From the NCBI GenBank assembly GCA_036172245.1, contig JAYWIR010000008.1:3658001-3722000 (forward strand): 64,000 bases of DNA, given 5' to 3'. Below the pieces are notes generated by a model, which worked only from the letters and a program-made list of their open reading frames with translations, did no database searches and was not told where the DNA came from. Both the position numbers and the translations under genes were made by a program. Below, in pieces: positions 50,899 through 63,500 of this stretch. Numbering within the stretch: the stretch's first letter is position 1; every line of letters starts with the position of its first letter. This DNA is from Raillietiella orientalis (lineage: Eukaryota).

Positions 50899-53800
50899 GC
50901 CGCTCGCGCGGACCTGTGGGACTCGCTCCTCGGGGTCTCCTCCGCCGAAAACGCCCCCCGGCGGTTCAGCACGCGCGGCAGGTCACGGAGGCTCCCCCCC
51001 CCCGCTCCCTCCCTGCACCCGTCTTTCCCGTGGGACCCGGAGCTCACACCGCAGACTCCGAATACGCTCCGAATCCCCTTAGGGGCGGAGGAACGAGGGT
51101 GAGCTGTTCCCCCGTTCCTCCGCCCCTGAGGAGGCAGCAGCGACGCGGGCTCTCTGCGGGAGATTGCGGAGACAGAGGGGAAGGATCCATCGATCGATCG
51201 AATTGCTCCAGCCACGCCCGCGTGCGCGTGCTCTTCCTCCTCTTCTGTTCCCCTTTTTCCCTTCCTTCTTTTCCTTTTCTCGCATCCTCCCGCCAGCTCC
51301 CGAAAGTGGCGAACCGCGAGGGCTTCCGAGGTTCCACGCTAGATGTCACCGGAGGTGCGTCCCGTCCCGGGCGCGCGGCTCGCCTGCTCACTACTGGCGC
51401 TGGACTCCTCCGGTTCGTTTTCAGTCCCCCCCCCCTTCTCTCCTCTTCCTCTGCTCACAGAAGGGGGGAGGGAGGGTTCGCGGGCGCCACCCCGCCGCAG
51501 TAGTCCGTGCGGTTGCGATAGCGTTACCAGGCCCTGCGTCTCTGCTCCGCCAGAGGAGGAAAAAACCGAACCCTATCTTCCCTCCCTCCATCTTTCATCC
51601 CTGATTTCCCTCCGACCCCCTTCGCATCGATTCTCCCCTTTTGTTTTCGTCTTCGTTTGCTGGCAGTTTGGCAGGCGACCCAGGCGCTGCTGCGGGGAAA
51701 GGCGGAACTCCTCGGCTTGTGGGAGGCGGAGGGAGGAGGGAAGCAACGGCCCAGTATCGCTGCTGCTGTTGTCGCCGCTTTGTGTGAGTGGAGGGAGAAT
51801 CGCGTCGCTCGGGTACGAGAGCGATGGTTCGATGGCGGGGATCCGAATTCCTTCATCCCGAATGCCGTCCCTCCTTCCCTTCCTGCTCCCCTTCGCGTGC
51901 TGCTCCCCGGATGCTCGAGGGATGGGCTGGGGCGTCGGGATGCCTACTTCCCTCTTGACTCTCGCGTTTCCCCTTATGCCCTCGAGCACTTTCCCCCTCG
52001 GGGGAGATTCTCTGCCGGGAGTCCCTCCCTCTCCCTCCAGGAAGCTCTGGACCAACTCGGCCGGCAGCCGACGGTCCCACCCGGCCGACGGGGTGCATAC
52101 CTCATCTCCCTAATGCCTTCGCCATGCTGCCATCCAGGCTACCGCGACCGGTCCGGTTCCATGTCAAGTCACGTCTCCCGGCGCGCGACCCTGCCTGGAC
52201 TCGGGAAAAACGCCCGGGAAGTGGCGAGGAGCACTTCGCCCCCCAGGCCCGAGATGGATGGTGGCGGAGTCTGACCTGGGTCTCCACCGCCTTGCAGCCC
52301 AAACAATGTTGCCCGAAATAGGGCCGGGAAAGGATGGAGCACGTCCGACACTTCGGGAGCGCGCGCCCTCCTCTGGTGCACGGAGCGGTGCCGCCTGCGT
52401 CGCTTCGGGCCGCGGGTCTCAGGACTTCCTCCCACCTTCCCAGTCTAAAGCTCCCGCAGCAGGACCCCTGGAACCTTTGCTTTGCCCCTACCCCATCCCC
52501 TGGCATCACATGATCCGGGGAGTCAGCGTCATCTCCAAACGAGGAAGAAGGGGAAGTGAACAGGATGAGGAAGAGGAAGAGGAAAAAGAAGGGAGGAGGA
52601 AGAGAGAAAAGAGAAAGGGGGAGTGGGAAGAGCAGGAGAAGGACCAATCTTATGCTCCCCAACCTCTCCCTTTCTTCCCCATCGTCCGTATTCCAGCATC
52701 CCCGGAAGCATCCGATCGGCGGTTCTGCCTTGAACTCGCCCGCATCTTTACGTGATTCCTGCCTCTCTTCATCCGCGAAGCTCCGGTCGCCGCCATCGTC
52801 GCCCTGACGATGAGGATGCGCAACGGATGAGCGCGCAGTCCTCGAAGTCCCCCCCCCCCTCCCCCCGTCCTTTGACTAAGCGCCTAGGTCCCTCTCTCTG
52901 CTTCCCGGATGCGCCCCCTACTGGAAGCCGCTACCTCCGCAACAGCAGCACCCGCGCCTGCACAGACGATTGCCCCTCTGATCTCACCCCGTTTAAGGAC
53001 CTCCCCTCCCTTCTCGCACAGCTGCCGCTTCCTCCAGAGAACGCTGGAAGCTGCAGCAGCAGAAGACGGATGGGAATCTCTGCGGTTACCACAGATCCTC
53101 TGCCCATCTCGACCTCCCGGGTCCCGGGATCCGGACCGCATTGCTCTCTCGAACGCTTCCCGGATCCTTCCTCAGCGTTTCTTTGAATGGCGCGGTACCT
53201 TAGGCTTGGTTCTCCTCCTCCTGCAGTAGCCAGCACGGGGAGGTGGGCTCCCCCTGAGACCCCTTAGTCCTTTCCCTCGCGTTCCAGGACCGTTCCCGAC
53301 GGAGGGCTTCCTCGCGGTCATTCTGTGCATGCTGTTGATGGCGGCGGGAATTCGCTCCCACCAACAACTGGCTACGGGAACGAGGGGGTTCGCACGCTCG
53401 TCGCGAGAGGGGAGGAGGAGAGGCTCCTTCTCCGCGCGCTGCTGTCACCCTCCGCGGAGGCGCACCTCCCCCTCGCCCTACCTCCCTGGGGTTCGGAGGT
53501 CCACAGGATGCGCGGCACCCAGCCGCCGCCTTCCACCGTCTCGAGGCTTTGCATCCGCAAGGTGGTGCGCACGCGATCTCCCTTTCCTCCACCCCCGCTC
53601 GTGGGGTGCAGCCAAGGAGGGAGCCTCCGGAGGGCGTTCGGCGCCACGGCCCGCCGGGGACCGGGGGGGAGGAATTGCCAAACTCCTCCCATCCTCTCCT
53701 CTGCTGGGCTCCGCCCTCTTCTCATTCCAGGGACACGCGCTCAACGTCCCGGGACGAGTCGCTTCCGACCCCCTCACGGGAGGGACGCGAGGGGCAGGAA

Positions 53801-54014
53801 TGGAGCCCCGCTGCCGCCTTGGCAGGAGCGACCGGAAGAATTTGAATGCCCTGGGGTCCTCACCGGACTCTCGGCGGCGGTCCCCTCCCCATCTTCCTCT
53901 CCGGACGGAAGGGGTGGGGAAAAAGATCCCCCCCTTGCTTCCCCTCCCCTCCCTTCCCTCTCTCCGGCTCCAAAAGGTCAGGACGAATCCACGTTTATGA
54001 GCTGCCCGTTGCCC

Positions 54015-55183
54015 TCAACCCCTCCTCCTCCTCCTCTCCGCGTTGCCCTTCGGCAGAGGACCGGAGAGAGAACGAGGCACCCCGTCCCGGAAGGGGGACC
54101 GGGGGTCCCGGAAAGGTGCGCCGCCGCCATCGTCGTAGTCGCCGTCGCCGCCGTCGTAGTCGCCGCGGCCCTCCTCCTCTTCCTCCTCCTCCGGGTAGCC
54201 CCAGGGGCCGGGTCGGACGCGCCAGCTGCTTGGAATCCTTCCGCCAACCTCATCGTCGCCAGGTCCCTGCAGGCGGCTCTCCCGAGGGCCGGCGGCGCCC
54301 TCCTCCTTCGCCCGCCAGCGTCTGTCTTCCTGAGGGAGAGGGGTTCCTAGGGGGGGAACAGAGAGAGACTCGTGTGGGGGCTCACGAGTCGGCCCGGAGG
54401 GCCATGTTGGGCTCACCTGGGTCCGGCGGCGGACCCTGATCATCCCCGAGAGCCTCCAGCAGGCGTCGGAAGTCGTCATCGGACAGCCTCTCTTGCAGAT
54501 CATCGTAGCCTCTCGGAGGCAGCTCCCAGGACCTCCTGGACCTCGCGCGCTTCCTTCTGCGGTCGTACCCGAAGTACGTGCGCCGGCGGCGGGTCTCCTC
54601 GGGCTCGTCGTAGGGGCCGCGGGCCGAGGCCAGGGACTTCTTGCGATGCGCCCTTTCCAGCAGCGAGGGCAGATCCCGGGGATCCTTCGTGTCGTCGGAC
54701 CGCAGGAGAGCGTAGGGACGCCGCGCCCCTCCAGGGAAGGGGTCGACGGGCGCCCAGGGATCTCTCGGGACCTCCTCGGGAAGGCCTGTCCGTCGGCAAG
54801 AAAGGAAGTCGAGGGAGGGGCGTGGTCACCCTTCCTGCCGACTCACCTGTGCCTGCGCGGTCGTCGGGGCCGCCTCGCGCGAGGTCCAACGCGGATGCCA
54901 GAAGCGCCGCCGCCTCGGCGTCTCCCCGGTCGCGGCCGTCGGTTCGCTTCTGACGCCGAGCGTCGAGGAGGACCTGGGCCCTCTGCTCCGAGGGGGCAGA
55001 CGATGGAGAGAAGGCCGAGGGGGCGGTGGCGACGGCGATCGAGGGTCTCCCGCCCGCAGGATGGCGGGAGGAGCCGTCGGACGACAACTGGGCTTCCTGC
55101 CCTCCGGCCACCGGTCGCCACCAGACGACAGCGGCGGCAGCGCACACCAGGAGAGGCACCCACGTGGCGCGGCAGGCTATCAT
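54015..55183 (-). CDS. Secreted prohormone/granin-like neuropeptide precursor candidate, 3 coding exons, 345 aa (3' end less certain)
   Basis: Exons 55183-54847, 54785-54417, 54346-54015, with donors CAG|GTGAGT and CAG|GTGAGC, all phase 1, no internal stops. Signal-peptide-like N-terminus MIACRATWVPLLVCAAAAVVWWRPVAG. Basic sites RRQKR, RKK, RRRR, RRRKR, RSRR, and an acidic stretch EEEEEEEGRGDYDGGDGDYDD. A non-coding 5' exon (~55455-55355, GTG|GTGAGT) splices to TTTTCCAG|55240. Confidence 0.6.
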
Positions 55184-55480
55184 CTCGGAAGCAGCTCTTC
55201 CCGATGGGGTGGACGCTCACAGGGAGAGCTCGAGAGAAGCCTGGAAAAGGGCAGAACGCCTCCGGAGGAACGAGGAAGGGGTGGGCGGAAAGGGAAGCCC
55301 TCCCCCCCCTCCCGTGCGGGCCCTCGAGGGCAGGGGGGCTGCGTCTGAACTCACCACCACCAGGTTGTCGTCGTCGTCGTCGACAGGTGCGAGGGATGCG
55401 CGCTCGTCCCGGGCCAGGCGGATGTCGTCTTCCCGGTTCCCCTGCAGGAGCAGCTGGGCGGATCCGTTCCGCCGGCGGGC

Positions 55481-55583
55481 TATTTATAGCTCTCCTCCCC
55501 GGCTCCTCTCCCTGCCTCCCGCGTCGCCGCCGTCGCCGCCGTCGCCGCCCCGGTGTCACGGGGCAACAGGTTGCCGTGGCGAC
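55481..55583 (-). promoter_or_regulatory. TATA box / MEF2 site with tandem RFX X-box-like motifs upstream (copy 1)
   Basis: TATAAATA on the minus strand at 55488-55481, within CTATTTATAG (MEF2 consensus). GTCACGGGGCAAC (55555-55567), then AG, then GTTGCCGTGGCGAC (55570-55583). An Inr-like CCAGCT lies 33 nt downstream of the TATA. Confidence 0.6.
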
Positions 55584-57478
55584 GGCGCGGCGAGGGAGGG
55601 AGGGAGCAGAGGCGGGAGACCCGCTCTCGCCTCCCTCCTTCCCTCGTCCGATCTTCCCGTTCCTGGATCGGGCAGGCGGACTCCGCCAGACGCCGTTTCG
55701 TCCTCCCCCCAAGAGAAGCTGCGCGAGAAAGCACTTCGTTCCCCTCCCCTTTTCTCACTCTCTCTCGATCCCCTCCCTCCTGTGGTTGCCACTGACAGCC
55801 GCCGCCGGTCGCTGCCGGTGGCATCGACGGCGGTCGCTCCCGTAAGCGCACGCGCCTTTTCCTCCAGGGGATGCCCCACAGCCAGTGCTGTAGGGAAGCC
55901 GGGGGTGACCTCGAGCCTCCATGGGACCTCCAGGCTGGTCACGGCCTCCTCCGCTCACGTCCCCGGGCCGCCCCGGAAGGAGAGAGGAGAGAAGGACAGA
56001 AGGCGCCATCTGGTTCTTCCCTCCGGAAATCCTCTTTTCTCTCGCCCTACGAGGTCCCCGCGCGCGCGTCGGGGTCATCCAAGAAGCCAGGGGACAGGTC
56101 GAAAGGCGGCCGGCGGGGCGACTTCCCCTTGGCTGCCCCTGCACCTTCCCCCTATTCCTCGAGGCAGCTCCCTCACGACGGAGTTGAACTTCACCCTTAG
56201 AGAAAGCGGCGCCCACTGGCTACCTCCCTCGCCCGCGGGTGGCCAAGAAGAAGGTGGCGTTGCTGTCCCCGCGGCGCCACCCGCTCCCTTCTTCGACGCG
56301 TCCCCGTCCAAGACATCCACATGACCCTCCGGCGTGCGGCGGACGAACATCCGCGCGCCGAGGCAGCCTGCGGCCAAGAGAGGGAGAGGTGCTCCTGCGT
56401 TGAGGTGCGCGCTTGACCTCTGGGCCGCGCCCAAGGACCGAGAGGGCGAGCCCGAAATTCAGAGGGACCGAGGGAAGGGGAGCAGCCCCTCCTGCAGGCG
56501 ATACCGCACCCTCAGGCGGCCAGAGGGAGGCTCCTGGTCCGTCATTACCTCAACCTTCGATGCGTCCCAGAGTTCCGCGCGGCTTCCGCGGTGCCGAAGT
56601 CGGACGGCAGCGCGCGCCCCCTCCGTGGCGTCGTTTTAGCCTCCTCGCCGATTGTCGATCCACGTAGCCTGGGCAGTTTCCTTCGCTTGCCCGTGTGGAT
56701 CGGCCCCCGAGGGTTTCCAAGGCGACTCTTCGCTCGAGAGCCTGCGCCTGCTTCAGGAACGGGCCTGCCTGACATTCGCGCCTCTCAGGGAGGTCGGGGA
56801 ATAGCCAGTGACGAGAGGTTCGAGGAATCGTCCCTCCGCCTGGCAGCGTCGCCTCTCGTCCATCGCGCGCGCGACGATGCTCCTCGAAGTCCACCGGGTG
56901 CTTCGAAGATGGCAGAACATCACCTGCCCGTTCGGTGCCCGCCCGAGGAAGCCCACACCAACCGTGGGTGCACAGCACGCATTGCGACGCGGTGTCCCGT
57001 CGCTCGCGCAGGGCGAGGGGAACGCTCGCGTTACGCTCGCATCCCCTTTTTCTCCCAAAGAGAGCCACTCCGACTGCCGCCCACCACAAGCCGCTCTCTT
57101 CCTTCCAGGATGCATCGGCGTACTTCCAGTTGCACATGTGCTCGCTGGAGGGCGGCATCGCTCCAGAGCGTCCCTGGGGATGGGGGCTACCCTCGGCCTC
57201 AGGGCGGCTGCTGATGGCCGCAGAAGGTTCCACTCGCCGAAGGATGGGTGAAGGGCTCATCGCCCGCGACTCTTGCAGCGCGGAACCGGCGGCTGGAGGG
57301 AAACGGCCGCGAAGTCCTCAGTCACGAGGTGCACGGGAGGGCAGGGAGGAGGGCGTGAGGAGGAGGGAAGAAAAACCGTGCGGGGGAGGCCAGCGAGGGA
57401 GCCACTGGCGCCTACTTCACCCTGGTACGAAGTCGTCCTTTCCTTTGCCCCTCGCTAGCCCCTTTTTTGCTCCGGGGC

Positions 57479-57551
57479 TATTTATAACTCTGCTCCCGCA
57501 TCGCCGCGGCCATCGGCCCGTTGCCACCGGCAACAGGTCTCCGTGGAGTAC
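57479..57551 (-). promoter_or_regulatory. TATA box / MEF2 site with tandem RFX X-box-like motifs upstream (copy 2)
   Basis: TATAAATA on the minus strand at 57486-57479. GTTGCCACCGGCAAC (57520-57534), then AG, then GTCTCCGTGGAGTAC (57537-57551). The TATA flank is 21/23 identical to copy 1. Confidence 0.55.
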
Positions 57552-60500
57552 GGGCCACACCGCCGCCGCGAACCTGCTCAGCCTGTTGCCAGCGCCGATC
57601 TCGTTGAAGCGGCGGGTCCCGGCAATACCACCGTTCCCCGATGCGCTCCTCCGGACCCTGACTCTTCTTTCCCCTCCTCCCTCTTCCTCCCCCCGGCTCC
57701 CGTGTATTCCGGGCACAGGTGAAATGAATCTCCTAGGAAGGAGCGTTTATCATCTCCCGACTCGGTATGTCAAGATAAAAGGGAAGACGCGGACGCGATT
57801 CGGGAAGAAAGGAACTTCCCGCACTGCCGTCGTCTCTTCCCGCGAAATTAATGAGCGGGGGCTGGGAGTGAGGAGGAGGAGGGGGTGGAGGAGGAGGAGG
57901 GAAGGGGGAGACGCCACGTTTGATTCCCTGCGTTCCTACCGATTCCGTACGATCGATCCCGGTCCCTCCGAGAGCGTTTCCGCAGGATGCACTCGGCTGG
58001 AAGCAACAGGTTTTCCGGCCATCCGGCTTCACGGGCGCCTCCCCTTCCTCTCTCCTATTCTCGCTGGGGGAGGTGGTGTGAGCGGCCATGCTTGCCTGTG
58101 CGGCAACCCGCGTAGCGGCGCGTGCAACGGAACCCTCTGGAAGGCCTCCGCAAGAAGACCTCCCCCCCCTCCTTGCCAGCCTTCCTCCCTCCTTCCTTCC
58201 CTCTCACTGCCGGGACGCGAAGGATTCGGCCTTCCTTCTGACCCGAGGTGTTCTCCAGAAGGGATGGGCAGGGGGCTAGGCGGAGGAGCGCTGAAGACAA
58301 CCTCGTGGAGAGGGTTTCGACCAGAGATAGGGCGCTGGGGATGCTTTTGCTCCGGAAGCGCCAAGGAGCATCCGTAGCAGCGAGGCCACGGAACCGGAGA
58401 TGCGCCGCGAGCTTACTCGTATCCGCTGAAGATGGCAGAGCGGTCGCTCCTGCACTTCGTTCACGACGCCTTCCCGTCCTGCTGTCGCACCCGAGGCCGG
58501 CGCGCCTTGATGGATTGATGAAGCCTTCCCCCCAGTAATGCTAGGAGTCAATCTGGGAGTCAATCCCACTACGAGGGCGACGGCCGGGCGAGGGCGGGGA
58601 CGCCCGGAGTCACGTCCGACCTCGTGCCCGTCCTGTCCCGGCAGCGGCGCGCGCGCTGCAGAGCAGAGGTCGGGTCTCATTTTGCCCGTCCTTCCATCAA
58701 GCGCCGCCCTGCCCTCTGCCTCGTCCCCCTTCCCCTGCGCGCAGCAGCACTCTCCTGGAGGAACGCGGTCTGTCTTCCGCCCGTTCGAATCCTCTGCTTC
58801 CGTCCCATCAGATCTGCGCGTTTCCCACCCAAAGAGGCTCCTCCCGAGAGCCAGACGCACGGACAGCGGCTCCGAGGTCCATTCGATGCCTCTCGCCTCC
58901 CCCTTTCGCTGTGGGGTCCTCGGTCTGCTTCCCCCACCGGAGTTCTTTCCTCCCTCGGCTGCCGCTCCCCCCCTGCCTCTGCGAGATTTCCCGGGGAGAT
59001 GTGGAGGCAACCCTCTTCGAGGAGGCCGGGAAACTCTCCGGGCACGAGTCACCCATCCCCTTTCCGCCTTCTCAGGGGCTGCGAGGGAGGGTGAGGGAGC
59101 CGAAGCAACGTCGGTTTGGACTCCCGGGTCGAGAAGAGGGCGGTGGCATCGCAGGAATTTTCTTCCCCTCTTCTCTTTGCTCATCATCCTCAGAGTTCTG
59201 GCGCGCCCATCGCCCCGGGCGATGTTGCTGCTAGTCAGCGGAAACGGAGAAGAGAGGGAGGGGGAGGAGGAGGAAGAGAGGAAAGGGAAAAGAGGAGGAG
59301 GAAGGGAGGAAGGGACACGAACTGACCCTATCACTACTCCCGGCGTCCAAGCAAAGCGCGCGACCAGTAACGGCAGCATCCGATCCCGGCTCCTGTGGCT
59401 CGCCATGGATCTTCTTTCTTCCTGTCCTCACTCTTCCCGAGCAGCAGGCGGATCTCTCCTCCTCCTCCTCACCTCGTCGATCCCGGAGCGCCGATTCCCG
59501 GCTGCCTTCCTCGCCTCCCCCGCGCTCTACAGGGGGCACGGATGCGGTCCAGCATCTGCATCAGAATGGTCTCCGAGCGACCCCTCGCAGCTCGGCCTTA
59601 TCAGGGCTCCGCGCCCACTTTCTGACCCGAGCGGCGCCGTTCTTCCCCTTCCCGTGGGGACGTCCCCGTGGGAGCTCTCGTCCGTTGCTTCCTGAGAGGT
59701 CGGGAAGGGGAGATGATGAAGGGGACGGAAGGAACCGCATCGTCCTTCCCTTCCCTCCATTCCTCCCTCCGCCCACCTCGGGACTGCGCACGCTCGCGCT
59801 AAGGGTTCGCGTGCGATGTCTGCACAGTCTCTTCCGCTTCAACCCGCTCCTCCGGCATTGCACGACCTACCGGATGACACGCGAGGTGCGCCGCCGCTCA
59901 CCCGCGCTCCGCCAGCGTTCCGAGCGCCCGATGGCTCTCGAAGGCTTCTGGCGGGAGGCGGAGGCGGCGGCGAGTGCGTTTTCCTCACGGCGGGACCGGT
60001 GGCAGCCCCTACTCCCCTCCTTCCGGCTGAGCGGAGATCTGTTCCAGGATCTTCCCATTCGCTGCAGACGCGGGGAGGACGTGGTGCTTTGCATCTGGCA
60101 GTGGACGGCGCTCTCCCCGCTCCTTCACGTCATCCCCATGTTCCCGCCATGCATCACGGAACTTTTTTAGTTTCGCACGGAAGACCGACCCGCCAGCCGC
60201 AGCTTCCTCAGCGAGCAGCCTGCCGGACTGACCGGTGGCAACCCTGAGCCTGCTGAAAGCGCTTGCTGCGGACATCCTCTGCAGGGGGCCGGCGCTTGTG
60301 GGTCTCCCCACCCTCCCAATCGCGGGAGTTTCGTGGCCTTCGCCGGCGCGGCGCCACCCTCCGAAAAGCGCGCCCTCTCGCAGGATCCTCCCCTTCTCAT
60401 GCGCCCTCTCGTTGAGGGGCGCAAATTGCGGCCTCCGTCATCTCCGCTTCCCGCGGCAGGGGGTAGGCGGAGGGGCTATCCCGGTTCCAGAAGAAACGGG

Positions 60501-63500
60501 ACCGCCCGCGAGGAACGGGGATCCATGTGTGTCGCCTGCATTTCCGGGCGCGCGCGCGCATCCTAGCGGCTCCGTGCCGAACCTCCACTAGAGGCCTCTC
60601 GCGAGCTTTTCTGAAGAGCGGAGCCTTCCCCTCTCCCCATCTCTTCGTTCCCGACTTCGCGGAGGCAACGGAGCGGGCAGGCGTCGCACCAGCAGACGGC
60701 GGCGGCAAGAGCGGCAACGGAAGGCGAAGGGTGGCCCAGGAGCATCAGGCGAGCAGGGAGGCAGCCGGCCTTCCGCGTCCGACCCGGTCCATCGCCGGCG
60801 ACGGACGCGAATGTGCTGCTGCAGAGCACTCTGCCGGTCTCCACTTCCTCCTACGCCAAGAGGCAGTGCTCTAGCCAGAGTGTGAGAGAGGAGGGGTTCC
60901 AAGCCACTCCGCCCCCCCGCGTGTGCCGCCAGCGGTTCCCTTGACAACCCGACGAGGCGAAACGACCTCCGTCCCGTCCCTCCCTCGCCTCCTGCGCGCG
61001 AGTTTGTTCCTGGGCAACAAACAGGAAGTCGCGTCGAGAGATGGAAGGGTCGTCCGACTTTCGTGGTGCCGCAGTGGAGCTGCGCACCTCCGGAGCCACG
61101 GGATGCGCGCAGCCTCCGAAGAGCCGCAGTCGTCGCCAGTGGGCGGTGACGCAGCTTCCCGTCGCCGCCGCCGCCGCCGCCACGAGCTCGGGTCGAACCG
61201 GGCTGTCTTCCTCCTCCTCGGCGCGCGAGGCCACCGCTTTGACCTCTCTCTCTCTCTCTCTCTCTCCTAGGAGCGCGCTTCCAGTGGGAACGTGCTCATC
61301 GCGGTCCCGCGCTTTTTCGTTCGCCTTCGCAACGGTTGTCCGGGAGACGCTTCGGTTCGTTCCGCCCGTTCTTCAACGTCCGCTTGGCGAGTCCACGCTT
61401 CTCGGCAGTTGCCTCCCCCTTCGAAGACCGCGCCCTGCGTCCTTCGAGCGCCTCCCGCGAAGAGTAGCCGGCCGACCGCGCCGCTCCGCAGGGTGCCACC
61501 CCCTCCTCCACGAAGTGGATCCATTGTGTTTCCTTGGAATCCATTTCAACTTCAGTGGCGCTCGGCCAGAGTGCCATGCTCTTCTCTGGATGGTCGGCAG
61601 ACGCTTGGTTCGTCTTCCTTCCTTCCGTCGACGCCGCTGCCTGTCTGGAAACGTTTCCTCTCTTTTTCGGTCCGTGACCCCACCTTGCCGGTGAGCCGGA
61701 CGACGCGGAAGATCCGTGACACGAGCGCTTCCCGAAGCACGGATGAAGCGGGCGATCTGTTGAAACGGTGGGAGGCGGGAAGGAGGAAGCGGGGACGAGA
61801 GAGGATTCGGGAGCTTTCGGGGACGTCGGAAGGACTACTTTCTTCTTCTCATCACGACGGATGTGTTCCTCCGAGCCGTGCAGGCAGAGTGCGGCGTGTC
61901 CTTGCACGCGCGCGCAACGAGACCGCCTCCAGTGGTGTGCACGAAACGAACATCCGCAGCACCCGAAGAGACGCGCCAATAGAGAGAGACGCATTCGCGG
62001 AGGACTGCACGTGCGGGGTCGGAATGGAGCTGTGGGAATGGTTCCGCTGCCCGGGAACGGACACGCACGCGAACACACGCACGCGTACCACGTGTGCTCG
62101 TGTGTTCCCCCCACGGGGCGAGCGAGGCCTGCTTTCGACCCCGAGAGTACTGGCCTTCCGGACTGCCTTCCGCTTCACCCTCCTCATCCCTTCTTGCTCT
62201 CCTCCTTCATTCTTCCTCCTTTTGGCTTCATCCCGTTTCCTCCTCCTCCTCGTTCTCTTTTCTTCCTCCCTGCTTCCTCTGTTTCTCTCCTTCCCACTCG
62301 AAGGGGTTGGTCAAACTAAAGTGGCGCGCGGATCCACCCCACTTGACGTCTCCTTCTCTCTTGGGAATGTGCTCCGGAGGAAGGTCTCCCCCAAGAGGTC
62401 ACGCGCTTTCTTATTCGCCCTTGCAACAGGATCAACTGGAGATGTATCGGCACGCGCTCCGCCCGTTGCCAGGCGTCTGCCCCTCCGAGGACCTCGGCCT
62501 TCGCGAAGAGCAGCCGACTGGCCGTTCCCACTCCACGCATCCTTCTTGGGCGGCACGGCCTCGAAGCTTCGCACCTGCAGCCAAGACCTCGTCCTCCGGG
62601 GACGGCATCCGGGTCGGGGGAGGAAAAAAAACGGCCCCGTTGCAGTGACTTCCGCTTTCGACCCCTTCCCTCTCCGTCTTCACGGGTTCTCGAGGGAGGT
62701 CGGGCGGCGGAGGTCCGAGGGAGGATCGCGCTGTCCTCCTCGACCCGGAGTTGGAAGGGATCCTCCCTTCAGCTACCCTCGGATGCGTTGGGCAAGGTCC
62801 GTATGGGGGCGCGAGCCACCCACCGAGCGAAGCGGGGGGCAGACGAGGGGGGTTCCGTCCTTCCCCGCGGGGAATCCGCGGGCGCGCGCCCCTCGGCGCC
62901 CGAGAGGACCCTCCGGTCCAGGACGGGGACCGATTTCTGGGGCAGCTGGATGGACTGAAAATAGCAACCCGTTTCCGGGAGCTGCTGCATAGCTGATGAG
63001 GAAGGCGAGGTCCCGCGAGGAAGCTGGCGCTCTTATCTGGGGCCAGAGGAGCCGCCTCATTGTTCCGCTTCCGCAGCCTCCTTCCCTGCAGTGCCTCTGC
63101 TGACGTCACCCGACCGGAGAGAGTCACGTGACGACTTCCACTAACCGGTCGGCCCGCACTCGGCGGGTTAGGGGACCTCCGGTGGAGCCCCTGTGCGCGC
63201 TCCTGTCAGAGGAGTGCTGCCATCTATCCGCCCTCTCCTCGCTCAGAACGGGAACGACTCCTTTGCCTCCCGGTGAGATCCCCGGGTGAGGAGTCCCAGG
63301 GGAAGCGGGAGGAAGGAAGGAACCCGGAAGTTTGTTGTCCACCACTCCTACCACCACCACAACGCTCCCGTGTTCTCTTCTTCCCCCCACCCTTCCCTGC
63401 TCGAAGGCGCGGGGGAGGAGCCACGAGTCCGGTCGCGCTGGGGCATCCGCTCAGACTACACGGACGGCGCGCGCATGCACGTGCCATGGGGGCGTGCCGA

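Noticed and set aside
53249..53270. CCCTGAGACCC, similar to the miR-125 5' end
   Set aside because: 3' half does not match and no supporting hairpin was seen.
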